Part shown: piece after piece, positions 19,280-29,043 of the stretch
How the letters are laid out: the number at the start of each line of letters is the position of its first letter
Position numbering within the stretch: position 1 is the stretch's first letter
Source: Bordetella parapertussis
Lineage (GTDB): Bacteria; Pseudomonadota; Gammaproteobacteria; Burkholderiales; SG8-39
Reading direction: 5' to 3'
Assembly: GCA_945885335.1 (NCBI GenBank)
Contig: CAMCYY010000003.1
Span: 1 to 36,535 of the forward strand
DNA: 36,535 nt
The notes under the pieces: generated by a model
Databases searched by the model: none
Seen by the model: the letters and a program-made list of their open reading frames with translations, nothing else
What the model was told of the DNA's origin: nothing
Translations under genes and position numbers: made by a program

Positions 19280-21067
19280 TCAGGTCGCCGATGTTGTGTT
19301 GGGCGTTGCACTGGATGCTGCGGCGGTTTCGGTGGGGGAAGAGGCGGCGGCGAGCGCCCGCGCCCGGATCAGGGCCTCGCTCATGTCCAGAACCAGGTTC
19401 GCTTCGCCGATGTCGTGGATGAACCCGGAGCGGTGGATGATGGACAGTGGCTGTGCGGTGAGGCCGGCGAGCACGAGCTGCGAGCCTTCCTCGCCGAGTG
19501 TGCGATGCAGGGCCTCGATGGCATCGAGACCGGTGGAGTCAAGATTGATCACCTGGTGCATTTCCAGGATGACCACGGCAACACGCTTGCGCTTTTCATC
19601 CAGCAGCGCCTCGATCTTGCCCACCGCACCGAAGAAGAGGGAGCCGAACAGCTTGTAGGCCATGATGCGCCCGGCCGGCGTGTCCATGCCCTCGGGGAGG
19701 GTAATGGGCTCGACGCGGGTGATCTCGGATACGCGATAGATGAAAAACAGGCTGGCCAGCACCAGACCGACTTCCACCGCCACCGAGAGATCGATGATGA
19801 CGGTGAGCAGGAAGGTGGACAGCATCACGGTTCGGTACACCAGCGAGAATTGCCTGAGGCGCGCGAACTCGCGCCACTCGCCCATGTTCCAGGCCACGAA
19901 CATCAGCACTGCCGCCAGCGCCGCCAGCGGAATGTATTCGGCCAGCGGAGCGGCGACGAGCAGGATGGCCAGCAGCACCAGTGCATGCACGATGCCGGCA
20001 ATCGGCGAGCGCGCCCCGGCGCGGATGTTCGTGGTGGTGCGCGCAATCGTGCCGGTGGCGGGCATGCCGCCGAACAGGGGCACGACAAAATTCGCGATGC
20101 CCTGGGCCATGAGTTCCTGGTTCGGGTTGTGGCGATCGCCGATGGCTGCATCGGCCACGCGCGCGCACAGCAGCGACTCGATGGCGCCCAGCAAAGCAAT
20201 CGTCACGGTGGGGCCAAACAGGTTGCGTGCGGTCTGCCAGTTGAATTCGGGCAGCGCGAAGGCGGGCAGCGTCTGCGGTATGCCGCCGAAACGCGAGCCG
20301 ATGGTCTCCACCGGCAGTTCCAGCAGCCAGGCGGTGAGCGTGGCCAGCACCAGCGCCACCACGGTACCGGGCAGGCGGCTGAACAGGCGGGCGCGGCCGA
20401 CGATGGCGGCAACGGCGATACTGCTCTCCGGGGCGTCAGCGACCACCGTGCCGGCGCGCCGGCCCAGCATCGCGGCGATGCGCGGCCAGAGGATGATCAG
20501 CCCCAGCGCACTGAAGGATAGTGCGATGGTCGGGAAGTCTGCCGTGCCGGCGTAGCGCCACAGCACGTCCAGTTGCGCGAAGAATTCGGCGGGCACTTTC
20601 GGGATGTCCAGCCCGAGGAAGTCCTTGACCTGCGACAGCGCGATCAGCACCGCGATGCCGTTTGTGAACCCGATCACGATGGCGATGGGGATGAAGCGGA
20701 TCAACGAGCCGATGCCGGTCAGGCCCATCACGAACAGCAGCACTCCGGCCATCATGGTGGCGATGAACAGGTTTGCCAGTCCATGCGTCTGCACGATGCC
20801 GTAGACGATGACGATGAAGGCGCCGGCCGGGCCGCCGATCTGGACTTTCGAGCCGCCCAGCGCCGAGATGATGAAGCCGGCAATGACGGCAGTGAACAGG
20901 CCCGCCTCGGGCTTGAGTCCGCTGGCGATGGCGAAGGCCATGGCCAGCGGCAGCGCGACCAGGCCGACCGTGAGGCCGGCGCCGAGGTCGGCGGTGAACT
21001 GCTCCCCGTTATAGCCCTTCAGCGAGTCGAGAAGGCGTGGGCGGAAACTGAACTTGATGAAAGACAT
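19280..21067 (-). CDS. SulP family anion transporter with a C-terminal STAS domain
   Basis: VALPLAMAFAIASG, QIGGPAGAF, NQELMAQGIAN, ATGTIART and STAS GSLFFG...LDSTGL; probable ATG at 21067. Confidence 0.95.
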   Translation of the reverse strand: MSFIKFSFRPRLLDSLKGYNGEQFTADLGAGLTVGLVALPLAMAFAIASGLKPEAGLFTAVIAGFIISALGGSKVQIGGPAGAFIVIVYGIVQTHGLANLFIATMMAGVLLFVMGLTGIGSLIRFIPIAIVIGFTNGIAVLIALSQVKDFLGLDIPKVPAEFFAQLDVLWRYAGTADFPTIALSFSALGLIILWPRIAAMLGRRAGTVVADAPESSIAVAAIVGRARLFSRLPGTVVALVLATLTAWLLELPVETIGSRFGGIPQTLPAFALPEFNWQTARNLFGPTVTIALLGAIESLLCARVADAAIGDRHNPNQELMAQGIANFVVPLFGGMPATGTIARTTTNIRAGARSPIAGIVHALVLLAILLVAAPLAEYIPLAALAAVLMFVAWNMGEWREFARLRQFSLVYRTVMLSTFLLTVIIDLSVAVEVGLVLASLFFIYRVSEITRVEPITLPEGMDTPAGRIMAYKLFGSLFFGAVGKIEALLDEKRKRVAVVILEMHQVINLDSTGLDAIEALHRTLGEEGSQLVLAGLTAQPLSIIHRSGFIHDIGEANLVLDMSEALIRARALAAASSPTETAAASSATPNTTSAT

Positions 21068-21215
21068 GAGGGCTCCATTGTTCGATGACGAATTGGCACT
21101 TTCGTATTTCGAACAACGGAGGGAGGACCTGAATGATGCAGGCGCTCGATGAACTGGCGCCGGCGCCACAGCGGGCTGGGCCGCTGCCAGTGGTCCCCGC
21201 TGATGTGCTGCGGTG

Positions 21216-23318
21216 TCACTTCACCTTCATGCCCGGCTGGGCGCCGGCGTCGGGGGAGAGAATGTAGAGGCCCGGTTCTGTTCCGCTCGCCGCGAGGACC
21301 ATGCCCTCGGACATGCCGAACTTCATCTTGCGCGGTGCGAGGTTCGCGACCATCACGGTCAGGCGGCCTTCCAGCGTGGCCGGGTCGTAGGCCGACTTGA
21401 TGCCGGCAAACACCTGGCGTGTGCCCAGGTCGCCCACGTCCAGCGTGAGTCGCAGCAGTTTGTCTGCGCCTTCGACGTGCTCGGCTTTGACGATTTTCGC
21501 GATACGCAGATCGATCTTCATGAAGTCATCAATGGAGATGACTCCCTCTCCTGCGCCAGCGGGGGAGGGCTGGGTAGGGGGCGCTTTGACTTGGTCGTTC
21601 ACTTTCTTTTTCTCTTTCTCCGGCGGTGCGGCTGCGGGAAGGTCGAACAGCGCGTCGAGTTGTTTGGGGTCTACGCGGGTCATGAGGTGGGCATAGGCGT
21701 TAATACGATGCCCGTCAGGCATCAGATGGCCTGCATCGTTCCATTCGAGCGGTGCGATATTGAGGAACGCCTCAACATCTGCAGCAAGTTTTGGAAGCGT
21801 CGGTTTCAGATATAACGTCAGCAAACGAAATATCTGCAGTGCCTCCGTGCAGATACGGTGCAGGTTTGCTTCTGCATTCGGATCATTGCTCTTCGCAACT
21901 TCCCAGGGCTTGTTTGAGTCAACAAAGACGTTGGCCTCATCGGCAAGCTGCATGATGGCGCGCAGGGCCTTACCGTACTCACGTTGATCGTACAGAGCCG
22001 AAATCGTGGCAGCCTCACCCTGAATCCTTGAAATGAAGACGTTGCCGCTTTCCATTTCCTTGAGCTTGCCATCAAAGCGCTTGGCAATGAATCCCGCACA
22101 CCGGCTCGCGATGTTGACGTACTTCCCCACCAGGTCGCTATTCACCCGCGCCACGAAATCATCCGGATTGAAGTCCACGTCCTCGACGTTCGCATTGAGC
22201 TTGGCGGCGATGTAATAGCGCAGCCATTCCGGATTCATGCCGAGGCCCAGATACTTAAGCGGATCAATCCCGGTGCCGCGACTCTTGGACATCTTCTCGC
22301 CGGACACAGTGATGAAGCCGTGCACATGGACGTTGTTCGGTTCCTTGCGCCCTGCGAAGTGCAGCATCGCCGGCCAGAACAGCGTATGGAAATAAATGAT
22401 GTCCTTGCCGATGAAGTGAATCTGCTCGGTCGCCGGATCAGCGAGGAAGGCCTCGAAGTCGATGCCTTTCTTTGCGCAGTAGTTCTTGAAACTGGCGAGA
22501 TAGCCCACCGGCGCATCCAGCCAGACGTAGAAGTACTTGCCCGGCGCATCGGGAATCTCGATGCCGAAGTAGGGCGCATCACGCGAAATGTCCCAGTCAC
22601 CGAGCGCCTTGTCGCCTTCGCCTTCCAGCCACTCCTTGGCCTTGTTGGCGACCTGGGGCTGCAGCCGGTCGTTCGCCATCCACTGTTTCAGGAAAGCGGT
22701 GCACTTCGGATCGGACAGTTTGAAGAAAAAATGGTCCGATGACTTCAGTTCCGGCTTGGCACCGGACAGCGCGGAATAGGGATTGATCAGCTCGGTCGGT
22801 GAATACACCGAGCTGCATACCTCGCAGGCATCGCCGTACTGGTCCTTGGCGTGGCAGTTCGGGCACTCGCCCTTGATGTAGCGGTCGGCGAGGAACATGC
22901 CCTTCACCGGATCGTAGAACTGCTCGACCGGCTTGGCGTAGATCAGGCCCGCATCTTTCAGGCGCTTGTAGATCGATTGCGACAGCTCGACGTTCTCGGG
23001 CGAATGCGTGGAGTGCCAGTTGTCGAATTCGATGTGAAAGCCGTCCAGATACTGCTTGCGGCCGGCGGCGATCGCGGCGACAAAATCCTCGGGCTTCTTG
23101 CCGGCCTTTTCGGCAGCCAGCATGATGGGTGCGCCGTGCGCATCGTCGGCGCCGACAAAGTGCACCTCATTGCCCTGCATGCGCTGGAACCTCACCCAGA
23201 TGTCGGCCTGGATGTATTCCATGATGTGGCCGATGTGGAAGGGGCCGTTGGCGTAGGGCAGGGCCGTGGTGACGAACAGCCGGCGCGGCGTGTTTGGGGC
23301 GGGTGAAGATATGCTCAT
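21216..23318 (-). CDS. metG: Methionine--tRNA ligase with a C-terminal tRNA-binding domain
   Basis: [12 protein letters not shown] (HIGH), Zn knuckle CPNC...CEVC, KMSKS, and C-terminal DDFMKIDLR...GMSEGM. Confidence 0.98.
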   Translation of the reverse strand: MSISSPAPNTPRRLFVTTALPYANGPFHIGHIMEYIQADIWVRFQRMQGNEVHFVGADDAHGAPIMLAAEKAGKKPEDFVAAIAAGRKQYLDGFHIEFDNWHSTHSPENVELSQSIYKRLKDAGLIYAKPVEQFYDPVKGMFLADRYIKGECPNCHAKDQYGDACEVCSSVYSPTELINPYSALSGAKPELKSSDHFFFKLSDPKCTAFLKQWMANDRLQPQVANKAKEWLEGEGDKALGDWDISRDAPYFGIEIPDAPGKYFYVWLDAPVGYLASFKNYCAKKGIDFEAFLADPATEQIHFIGKDIIYFHTLFWPAMLHFAGRKEPNNVHVHGFITVSGEKMSKSRGTGIDPLKYLGLGMNPEWLRYYIAAKLNANVEDVDFNPDDFVARVNSDLVGKYVNIASRCAGFIAKRFDGKLKEMESGNVFISRIQGEAATISALYDQREYGKALRAIMQLADEANVFVDSNKPWEVAKSNDPNAEANLHRICTEALQIFRLLTLYLKPTLPKLAADVEAFLNIAPLEWNDAGHLMPDGHRINAYAHLMTRVDPKQLDALFDLPAAAPPEKEKKKVNDQVKAPPTQPSPAGAGEGVISIDDFMKIDLRIAKIVKAEHVEGADKLLRLTLDVGDLGTRQVFAGIKSAYDPATLEGRLTVMVANLAPRKMKFGMSEGMVLAASGTEPGLYILSPDAGAQPGMKVK
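21544..21581. repeat. REP-like GC-rich hairpin inside the metG interdomain linker
   Basis: Stem CCCTCTCCTGC-GCCA-GCGGGGGAGGG (9 Watson-Crick and 2 T:G pairs) plus a CTGGGTAGGGGG tail; encodes [13 protein letters not shown]. Confidence 0.6.
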
Positions 23319-23406
23319 AAGTCCGTGATTTTAACGCGTAAATGGGAGTGGATGGACGTCGCGTTGTAGAATCCGACATTCCCGCAAATGCTTTCCCGGA
23401 GTCTTC

Positions 23407-24495
23407 ATGTCGGTCACAATCGAGCAGGTTCAGGCGGCGCTCACGCAGGTCGTTGATGCCAATACCGGCAAGGATTTGCTCACTAGCAAGTCCGCGCGCA
23501 ATATCCATGTGGACGGCGGTGTGGTTTCGTTGCAGGTTGAACTGGGTTATCCGGCAAAAACCCAGCTCGAACCCATGCGCCAGCGCGTCGAGGCGGCGCT
23601 TTCTGCATTGCCCGGCGTGAGTTCAGTGAAGGCCGAAGTCGTCAGTAAAATCGCACCGCATGGCGCCCCCGGCGGCGTGAAGCCCGTGCCCGGCGTGAAG
23701 AACATCATTGCCGTTGCTTCGGGCAAGGGCGGCGTGGGCAAGTCCACCACCGCAGTGAACATTGCGCTGGCACTGGTGGCCGAAGGCGCCCGCGTCGGCA
23801 TCCTGGATGCCGACATCTACGGCCCGTCCCAGCCCATGATGCTGGGCCTCTCCGGCAAGCCCGAAGTGGTGGGCAACAAGGTCGTGCCCAAGGAGGCCTA
23901 CGGCGTGCAGCTGAACTCCATCGGTTTTTTTGTCGAGGCCGACAATCCGGTGGTGTGGCGCGCACCGATTGCGACAGGCTATCTGGAGCAACTGCTGCGC
24001 GAGACCGGCTGGAATGACCTGGATTACCTGATCGTGGACATGCCGCCCGGCACCGGCGACATCCAGCTCACGCTGGCGCAGAAGGTGCCGGTCACAGGCG
24101 CCATCATCGTCACGACGCCGCAGGACATTGCGCTGATCGATGCGCGCAAGGGCCTCAAGATGTTCGAGAAGGTGGGCGTGCCCATCCTTGGCATTGTCGA
24201 GAACATGAGCACGCACATCTGCACGAACTGCGGCCATGAGGAACACATCTTCGGCGCCGGCGGCGCGGCACGCATGGCGAAGGATTACGGCGCCGAGGTG
24301 CTGGGCAACCTGCCGCTGGATATTCATATCCGCGAGCAGACCGACTCGGGCAAGCCCACCGTGGTGGCCGATCCTGACGGTCGTGTCGCCGACATCTACC
24401 GCGCGATTGCGCGGCGGGCTGCGGTGAAAATCGCCGATCTGCAGAAGAACCTGTCGTCGAAGTTTCCGAGCATCGTCATCCAGAAGAACACCTGA
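23407..24495 (+). CDS. apbC: Iron-sulfur cluster carrier protein ApbC/Mrp
   Basis: VASGKGGVGKST, LDADIYGPS, DMPPGTGD and ENMS..ICTNC motifs; divergent from metG. Confidence 0.96.
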   Translation: MSVTIEQVQAALTQVVDANTGKDLLTSKSARNIHVDGGVVSLQVELGYPAKTQLEPMRQRVEAALSALPGVSSVKAEVVSKIAPHGAPGGVKPVPGVKNIIAVASGKGGVGKSTTAVNIALALVAEGARVGILDADIYGPSQPMMLGLSGKPEVVGNKVVPKEAYGVQLNSIGFFVEADNPVVWRAPIATGYLEQLLRETGWNDLDYLIVDMPPGTGDIQLTLAQKVPVTGAIIVTTPQDIALIDARKGLKMFEKVGVPILGIVENMSTHICTNCGHEEHIFGAGGAARMAKDYGAEVLGNLPLDIHIREQTDSGKPTVVADPDGRVADIYRAIARRAAVKIADLQKNLSSKFPSIVIQKNT

Positions 24496-24496
24496 G

Positions 24497-25702
24497 ATGA
24501 GCAAGGCCCCGTCCATGGATTCCCCAGCGAGCCTTCCCGGCGCAATCGTAGCAACGCGAAGCAGCGACTACACCGGAATCCTGCCCAGCCAGAAGATCAG
24601 GGAGATGCTGAACAACAACGGGATTCGGGCGTTGTTGCATGCGGTGACGGACGACCAGATACAGCCTGCCAGCATTGACCTGCGACTGGGTGATTTCGCC
24701 TATCCCGTCGATACGAGTTTTTTGCCGGGCAAGGGTGTCAGGGTTCTGGACAAGTTGAAGCAACTGGATGAGCAGTTCGAAGATTTCAAGGTCGATCTTC
24801 GCAATGGCGGCATGCTGGAGAAGGGGCGCATCTATGTGGTGCCCCTGATCGAGTCCATCAAGCTCAAAAGCGAAGTGGCGGCCTTTGCGAATCCCAAGAG
24901 TTCAACCGGACGGCTGGACATATTGACGCGCCTGATTGCCGATGGCGCTTCCATTTTTGACCAGGTCGAGGAAGGTTACGAGGGCGAGCTGTACATCGAG
25001 ATCGCGCCGCGCAGTTTCAGCGTGGTGGTGAGGACCGGAGACCGGCTCAATCAGCTTCGCTTCCGGCGCACCACCGGGGTTGAGCCCAAGCCCATTTCAA
25101 TCGCGGACTGGAAGCAGCTGCTGGAGGGGGGGCAGGTGGTTGATCTCTCCACCCAGGAACACCGGGCGGGGTTCAAGACGGGATACCTGCCGTTCACGGT
25201 GGACCTGAAAGGCGCAGGCACCGAAAACAGCCTGATCGGCTATCGCGCAAAGAAGCACGCCCCGCGCATTGACCTGAAACGGCGCGACTACGACCCGCGC
25301 GATTTCTGGGAGCCGATTCATTTTCACAAAAACGCTTCGCTGATCCTTGACCCGGACGAGTTCTACATCCTCATGACCAAGGAAGCGATCGCAGTGCCGC
25401 CCGAGTACGCCGCCGAAATGCTGCCCTACGACACCCGCGCCGGCGAATTCCGCGTTCACTACGCGGGCTTCTTCGACCCCGGCTTTGGCTGGAACGGAAA
25501 AACGGGCAAGGCAGGCGGCAGCAGAGGCGTTCTTGAAGTCCGCTCCCACGAAGTGCCCTTCCTGCTTGAGCATGGGCAGATCGTGGGCTCGTTGCGTTAT
25601 GAGCGCATGGCCGCCAAGCCGGACATGCTGTATGGCATGGACATCAGTTCGAACTATCAGGGACAGAGCCTGAAGCTGGGCAAGCAGTTCAAGTCGATCT
25701 GA
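24497..25702 (+). CDS. dcd: dCTP deaminase, long two-domain form (about 400 aa)
   Basis: QIQPASIDLRLG, ANPKSSTGRLD, RLNQLRFR, EFRVHYAGFFDPGFG, VLEVRSHEVPF and SNYQGQSLKL motifs. Confidence 0.9.
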   Translation: MSKAPSMDSPASLPGAIVATRSSDYTGILPSQKIREMLNNNGIRALLHAVTDDQIQPASIDLRLGDFAYPVDTSFLPGKGVRVLDKLKQLDEQFEDFKVDLRNGGMLEKGRIYVVPLIESIKLKSEVAAFANPKSSTGRLDILTRLIADGASIFDQVEEGYEGELYIEIAPRSFSVVVRTGDRLNQLRFRRTTGVEPKPISIADWKQLLEGGQVVDLSTQEHRAGFKTGYLPFTVDLKGAGTENSLIGYRAKKHAPRIDLKRRDYDPRDFWEPIHFHKNASLILDPDEFYILMTKEAIAVPPEYAAEMLPYDTRAGEFRVHYAGFFDPGFGWNGKTGKAGGSRGVLEVRSHEVPFLLEHGQIVGSLRYERMAAKPDMLYGMDISSNYQGQSLKLGKQFKSI

Positions 25703-25718
25703 ACGTATCCTCAATCCT

Positions 25719-25790
25719 CCCTCACCCTCGATCCTTCTTCCTGGCAGAAAGGGAAGAAATCCGCTCTCTTCTCCCCTCCGAGTGAGGCGG
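25719..25790. repeat. Degenerate REP-like element
   Basis: CCCTCACCCTCGATCCTTCTTCC...AGGGAAG...CTCTCTTCTCCCCTCCG resembles the CCCTCACCC...CCCTCTCCC..GGGAGAGGG class of repeats, as does the metG copy. Confidence 0.45.
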
Positions 25791-25891
25791 AGTCGCGGCG
25801 AACATGTTTGCCGCCGCCGAACGCCAATTAGAAATGATTTCTGCGCGCTTGCTGATGTTGTGCATCAATGAGAGCACAGAGACGATGAAGG

Positions 25892-26188
25892 GTGCTGGCG
25901 CGTAACGATGTGTTTCCCGAGGAGTTCGGCACCTTCCTGCTGTCCTCGCCGCAGACCCGCGAGGTGTTCATGCGCTACCACGCCGACTTGCTCGCCCCGG
26001 CGTTCTGGCAGCAGGCGCAGACGAACATCCGGGCCGGCATATTTGACGACTTCTATCCGTATCCGGAGGCGGTCCGCTTCTGCAATGCCTTCGAGCGCGG
26101 CGGCCGGGGTGCCGCCCAGGTGGTGTTCCAGGAGGTCAACGCCCCGCGGCTCGGGGTGGATGTGCGCGCTGCGGTGGAGATGGAATAG
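25892..26188 (+). pseudogene. aceK: C-terminal fragment of isocitrate dehydrogenase kinase/phosphatase
   Basis: NDVFPEEFGTFLL...HADLL...FWQ...IRAG...DFYPYP...RF resembles the last 65-70 aa of AceK. No upstream coding continuation is visible. Confidence 0.75.
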
Positions 26189-26190
26189 GG

Positions 26191-26436
26191 ATGGACACCT
26201 TGACCTTGTTCGGATTGTGCGCTGTTTCAGCCATGATGATCTGCTATGCGTTCGAACAGAGAAGCCGGTGGTTCATCCTTGGCTTTGCGGCATCCTGCGG
26301 GCTGGGCTCAATCTAAGGTTTCCTGCAGGGCGCCTGGCCCTTTGGCGTGGTTGAGGCGGTCTGGATGTTGGTGCCTTTTCGGCGCTGGTTTGTCTGCAAA
26401 CCGGACCAAGATGCTGCCCGGGCTGAAACCGCTTGA
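26191..26436 (+). pseudogene. Small membrane protein gene interrupted by an in-frame TAA
   Basis: MDTLTLFGLCAVSAMMICYAFEQRSRWFILGFAASCGLGSI*GFLQGAWPFGVVEAVW..RRW. The stop at 26314-26316 falls where relatives, as I recall them, have Tyr (YGFLQGAWPFG). Confidence 0.75.
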
Positions 26437-26460
26437 CCCTCAAAGGTCGCGGCGTATAAT
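26433..26460 (+). promoter_or_regulatory. Sigma70-type promoter for the decarboxylase
   Basis: TTGACC-N16-TATAAT, about 310 nt upstream of ATG 26771. Confidence 0.7.
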
Positions 26461-26554
26461 CCCGCCGGAATCGAACCCGGACTGGCAAACGACGTGCTCA
26501 ATTCCCCTCTCGCCACAGCATTGACCTCGACCCGGTCGGCTGCACGTTCCGCCC

Positions 26555-26677
26555 ATGTACGTCTCGGCGCGCATCCGCTTCAGTGAAACCGCGACCCCGC
26601 CTCGGCGCTTTGCGCCACTCTGCAATTCCTTTAGTGTTCCGGCGCAGGCTTGTCTGCCTGCCGCCCGTCTGATCTAG
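26555..26677 (+). CDS. Candidate leader peptide (40-aa uORF)
   Basis: ATG..TAG ORF MYVSARIRFSETATPPRRFAPLCNSFSVPAQACLPAARLI inside the long 5' leader; no clear SD. Confidence 0.3.
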   Translation: MYVSARIRFSETATPPRRFAPLCNSFSVPAQACLPAARLI

Positions 26678-26770
26678 CGCCTGCATCCCCTTGCGCGTCG
26701 CGCGGCCTGTCCGTTCCGCCAGACGGCGTACCTCCTCCCCTCATTCCATGTCCGCTTTCCGGAGAACCGC

Positions 26771-29035
26771 ATGAAATTCCGCTTTCCCATCGTCATCATC
26801 GACGAGGACTTCCGCACGGAGAACACCAGCGGATCAGGCATACGCGCGCTGGCCAAGGCCATCGAGGACGAGGGCATGGAAATCCAGGGCGTGACCAGCT
26901 ACGGCGACCTGTCGCAGTTTGCCCAGCAGCAAAGCCGCGCCTCGGCCTTCATCCTGTCCATCGACGATGAGGAATTCACCCCGGGCCCGGAACTGGACCC
27001 GGCCGTGCTGAACCTCAGAAAATTCATCGAGGAAATCCGCTTCAAGAATGCGGACATCCCGATCTACATCTACGGCGAGACGCGCACCTCGCGCCACCTG
27101 CCGAATGACATTCTGCGCGAACTGCATGGCTTCATCCACATGTTCGAGGACACGCCGGAGTTCGTTGCCCGCCACATTATCCGCGAGGCGCGGGCCTATC
27201 TCGGCGGGCTAGCGCCACCCTTTTTCCGTGCACTGGTGGATTACGCCCAGGATGGCTCCTACTCATGGCATTGCCCCGGACATTCCGGTGGCGTGGCCTT
27301 CCTGAAAAGCCCGGTGGGGCAGATGTTCCACCAGTTCTTCGGCGAGAACATGCTGCGCGCCGACGTGTGCAACGCGGTGGATGAACTCGGCCAGTTGCTC
27401 GACCACACCGGCCCGGTGGCGGCCTCCGAGCGCAATGCCGCGCGTATCTTCGGCGCCGACCATTGTTTTTTCGTCACGAACGGCACTTCGACCTCTAACA
27501 AGATGGTGTGGCATGCGAATGTGGCGCCGGATGACATCGTTGTGGTGGACCGCAACTGCCACAAGTCCATCCTGCATGCGATCACCATGACTGGCGCGAT
27601 TCCGGTTTTCCTCACCCCGAAGCGCAATCACCTGGGCATCATCGGGCCGATTCCGCTGGAGGAGTTCAGCCCGGAGAGCATTGCGAAGAAAATCGAGGCG
27701 AATCCCTTTGCCCGCGCCGCCAAACGCAAGAAGCCGCGCATCCTGACCATCACGCAGAGCACCTACGACGGCGTGCTCTACAACGTGGAAATGCTCAAGG
27801 ACACGCTCAATTCGACCATCGACACGCTGCACTTTGACGAGGCCTGGCTGCCGCACGCGACCTTCCATCCGTTCTACAAGGACATGCACGCCATCGGCAA
27901 GAACCGGCCGCGCAGCAAGGACGCTATGGTGTTTGCCACGCACTCCACGCACAAGCTGCTGGCCGGCATCTCGCAGGCTTCGCAGATACTGGTGCAGGAA
28001 TCGCAGAACAAAAAACTCGACCGCACGCGCTTCAACGAGGCCTACCTGATGCACACCTCTACTTCGCCGCAGTACGCCATCATCGCTTCATGCGATGTGG
28101 CGGCGGCGATGATGGAGCCGCCCGGTGGCACTGCGCTGGTGGAGGAGTCCATTCTGGAAGCGCTGGATTTTCGTCGCGCCATGAAGAAAGTGGATGACGA
28201 GTGGGGCAAGGACTGGTGGTTCAAGGTGTGGGGGCCGGAGAAGAACGTCACCCAGGAAGGTATCGGCTCGCGCGAGGAATGGGTGCTGAAGGCGAACGAC
28301 AAGTGGCACGGCTTCGGCAATCTCGTGAGCGGCTTCAACATGCTCGATCCGATCAAGGCTACGGTGATCACGCCCGGCCTGGATGTGTCGGGCAAGTTTG
28401 CCAAGACCGGAATTCCGGCGGCCATTGTCACGAAGTACCTCGCCGAGCATGGCGTCATTGTCGAGAAGACCGGACTGTATTCGTTCTTCATCATGTTCAC
28501 CATCGGCATCACGAAGGGCCGCTGGAACACGCTGGTGACGGCGCTGCAGCAGTTCAAGGACGATTACGACAAGAACCAGCCGGTGATCAAGGGGCTGACC
28601 GGGTTCTGCCAGAAGTATCCGCGCTACGAGAAGTATGGCCTACGTGACCTGTGCGACCAGATCCACGGCATGTACAGGGCGAATGACGTGGCAAAGTTGA
28701 CCACCGAGATGTACACCTCGGACATGCAACCGGCGATGAAACCCTCGGATGCGTTTGCCGCATTGGCGCATGGCGAGATCGACCGCGTCGAAATCGACAA
28801 GTTGGAGGGCCGTGTCACCAGCGTGCTGCTCACGCCGTATCCGCCGGGCATTCCGCTGCTGATTCCGGGCGAGCGCTTCAACGCGACCATCGTGCGCTAC
28901 CTGCAGTTCGCGCGCGAATTCAACCGCAAGTTCCCCGGCTTCGAGACCGACATCCACGGCCTGGTGGATGTGGAAAGTGAAAATGGGTCGAGCTATTTTG
29001 TGGATTGTGTGCGGCCAGCGGCTGGTCAGTATTGA
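26771..29035 (+). CDS. Arginine/lysine/ornithine decarboxylase (PLP-dependent, with wing domain); substrate not determinable
   Basis: WHCPGHSGG, FVTNGTSTSNK, DRNCHKS, HFDEAW, PLP-Lys motif HSTHKLL, TSTSPQY and PYPPGIP. Confidence 0.96.
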   Translation: MKFRFPIVIIDEDFRTENTSGSGIRALAKAIEDEGMEIQGVTSYGDLSQFAQQQSRASAFILSIDDEEFTPGPELDPAVLNLRKFIEEIRFKNADIPIYIYGETRTSRHLPNDILRELHGFIHMFEDTPEFVARHIIREARAYLGGLAPPFFRALVDYAQDGSYSWHCPGHSGGVAFLKSPVGQMFHQFFGENMLRADVCNAVDELGQLLDHTGPVAASERNAARIFGADHCFFVTNGTSTSNKMVWHANVAPDDIVVVDRNCHKSILHAITMTGAIPVFLTPKRNHLGIIGPIPLEEFSPESIAKKIEANPFARAAKRKKPRILTITQSTYDGVLYNVEMLKDTLNSTIDTLHFDEAWLPHATFHPFYKDMHAIGKNRPRSKDAMVFATHSTHKLLAGISQASQILVQESQNKKLDRTRFNEAYLMHTSTSPQYAIIASCDVAAAMMEPPGGTALVEESILEALDFRRAMKKVDDEWGKDWWFKVWGPEKNVTQEGIGSREEWVLKANDKWHGFGNLVSGFNMLDPIKATVITPGLDVSGKFAKTGIPAAIVTKYLAEHGVIVEKTGLYSFFIMFTIGITKGRWNTLVTALQQFKDDYDKNQPVIKGLTGFCQKYPRYEKYGLRDLCDQIHGMYRANDVAKLTTEMYTSDMQPAMKPSDAFAALAHGEIDRVEIDKLEGRVTSVLLTPYPPGIPLLIPGERFNATIVRYLQFAREFNRKFPGFETDIHGLVDVESENGSSYFVDCVRPAAGQY

Positions 29036-29043
29036 TTCGCGTG

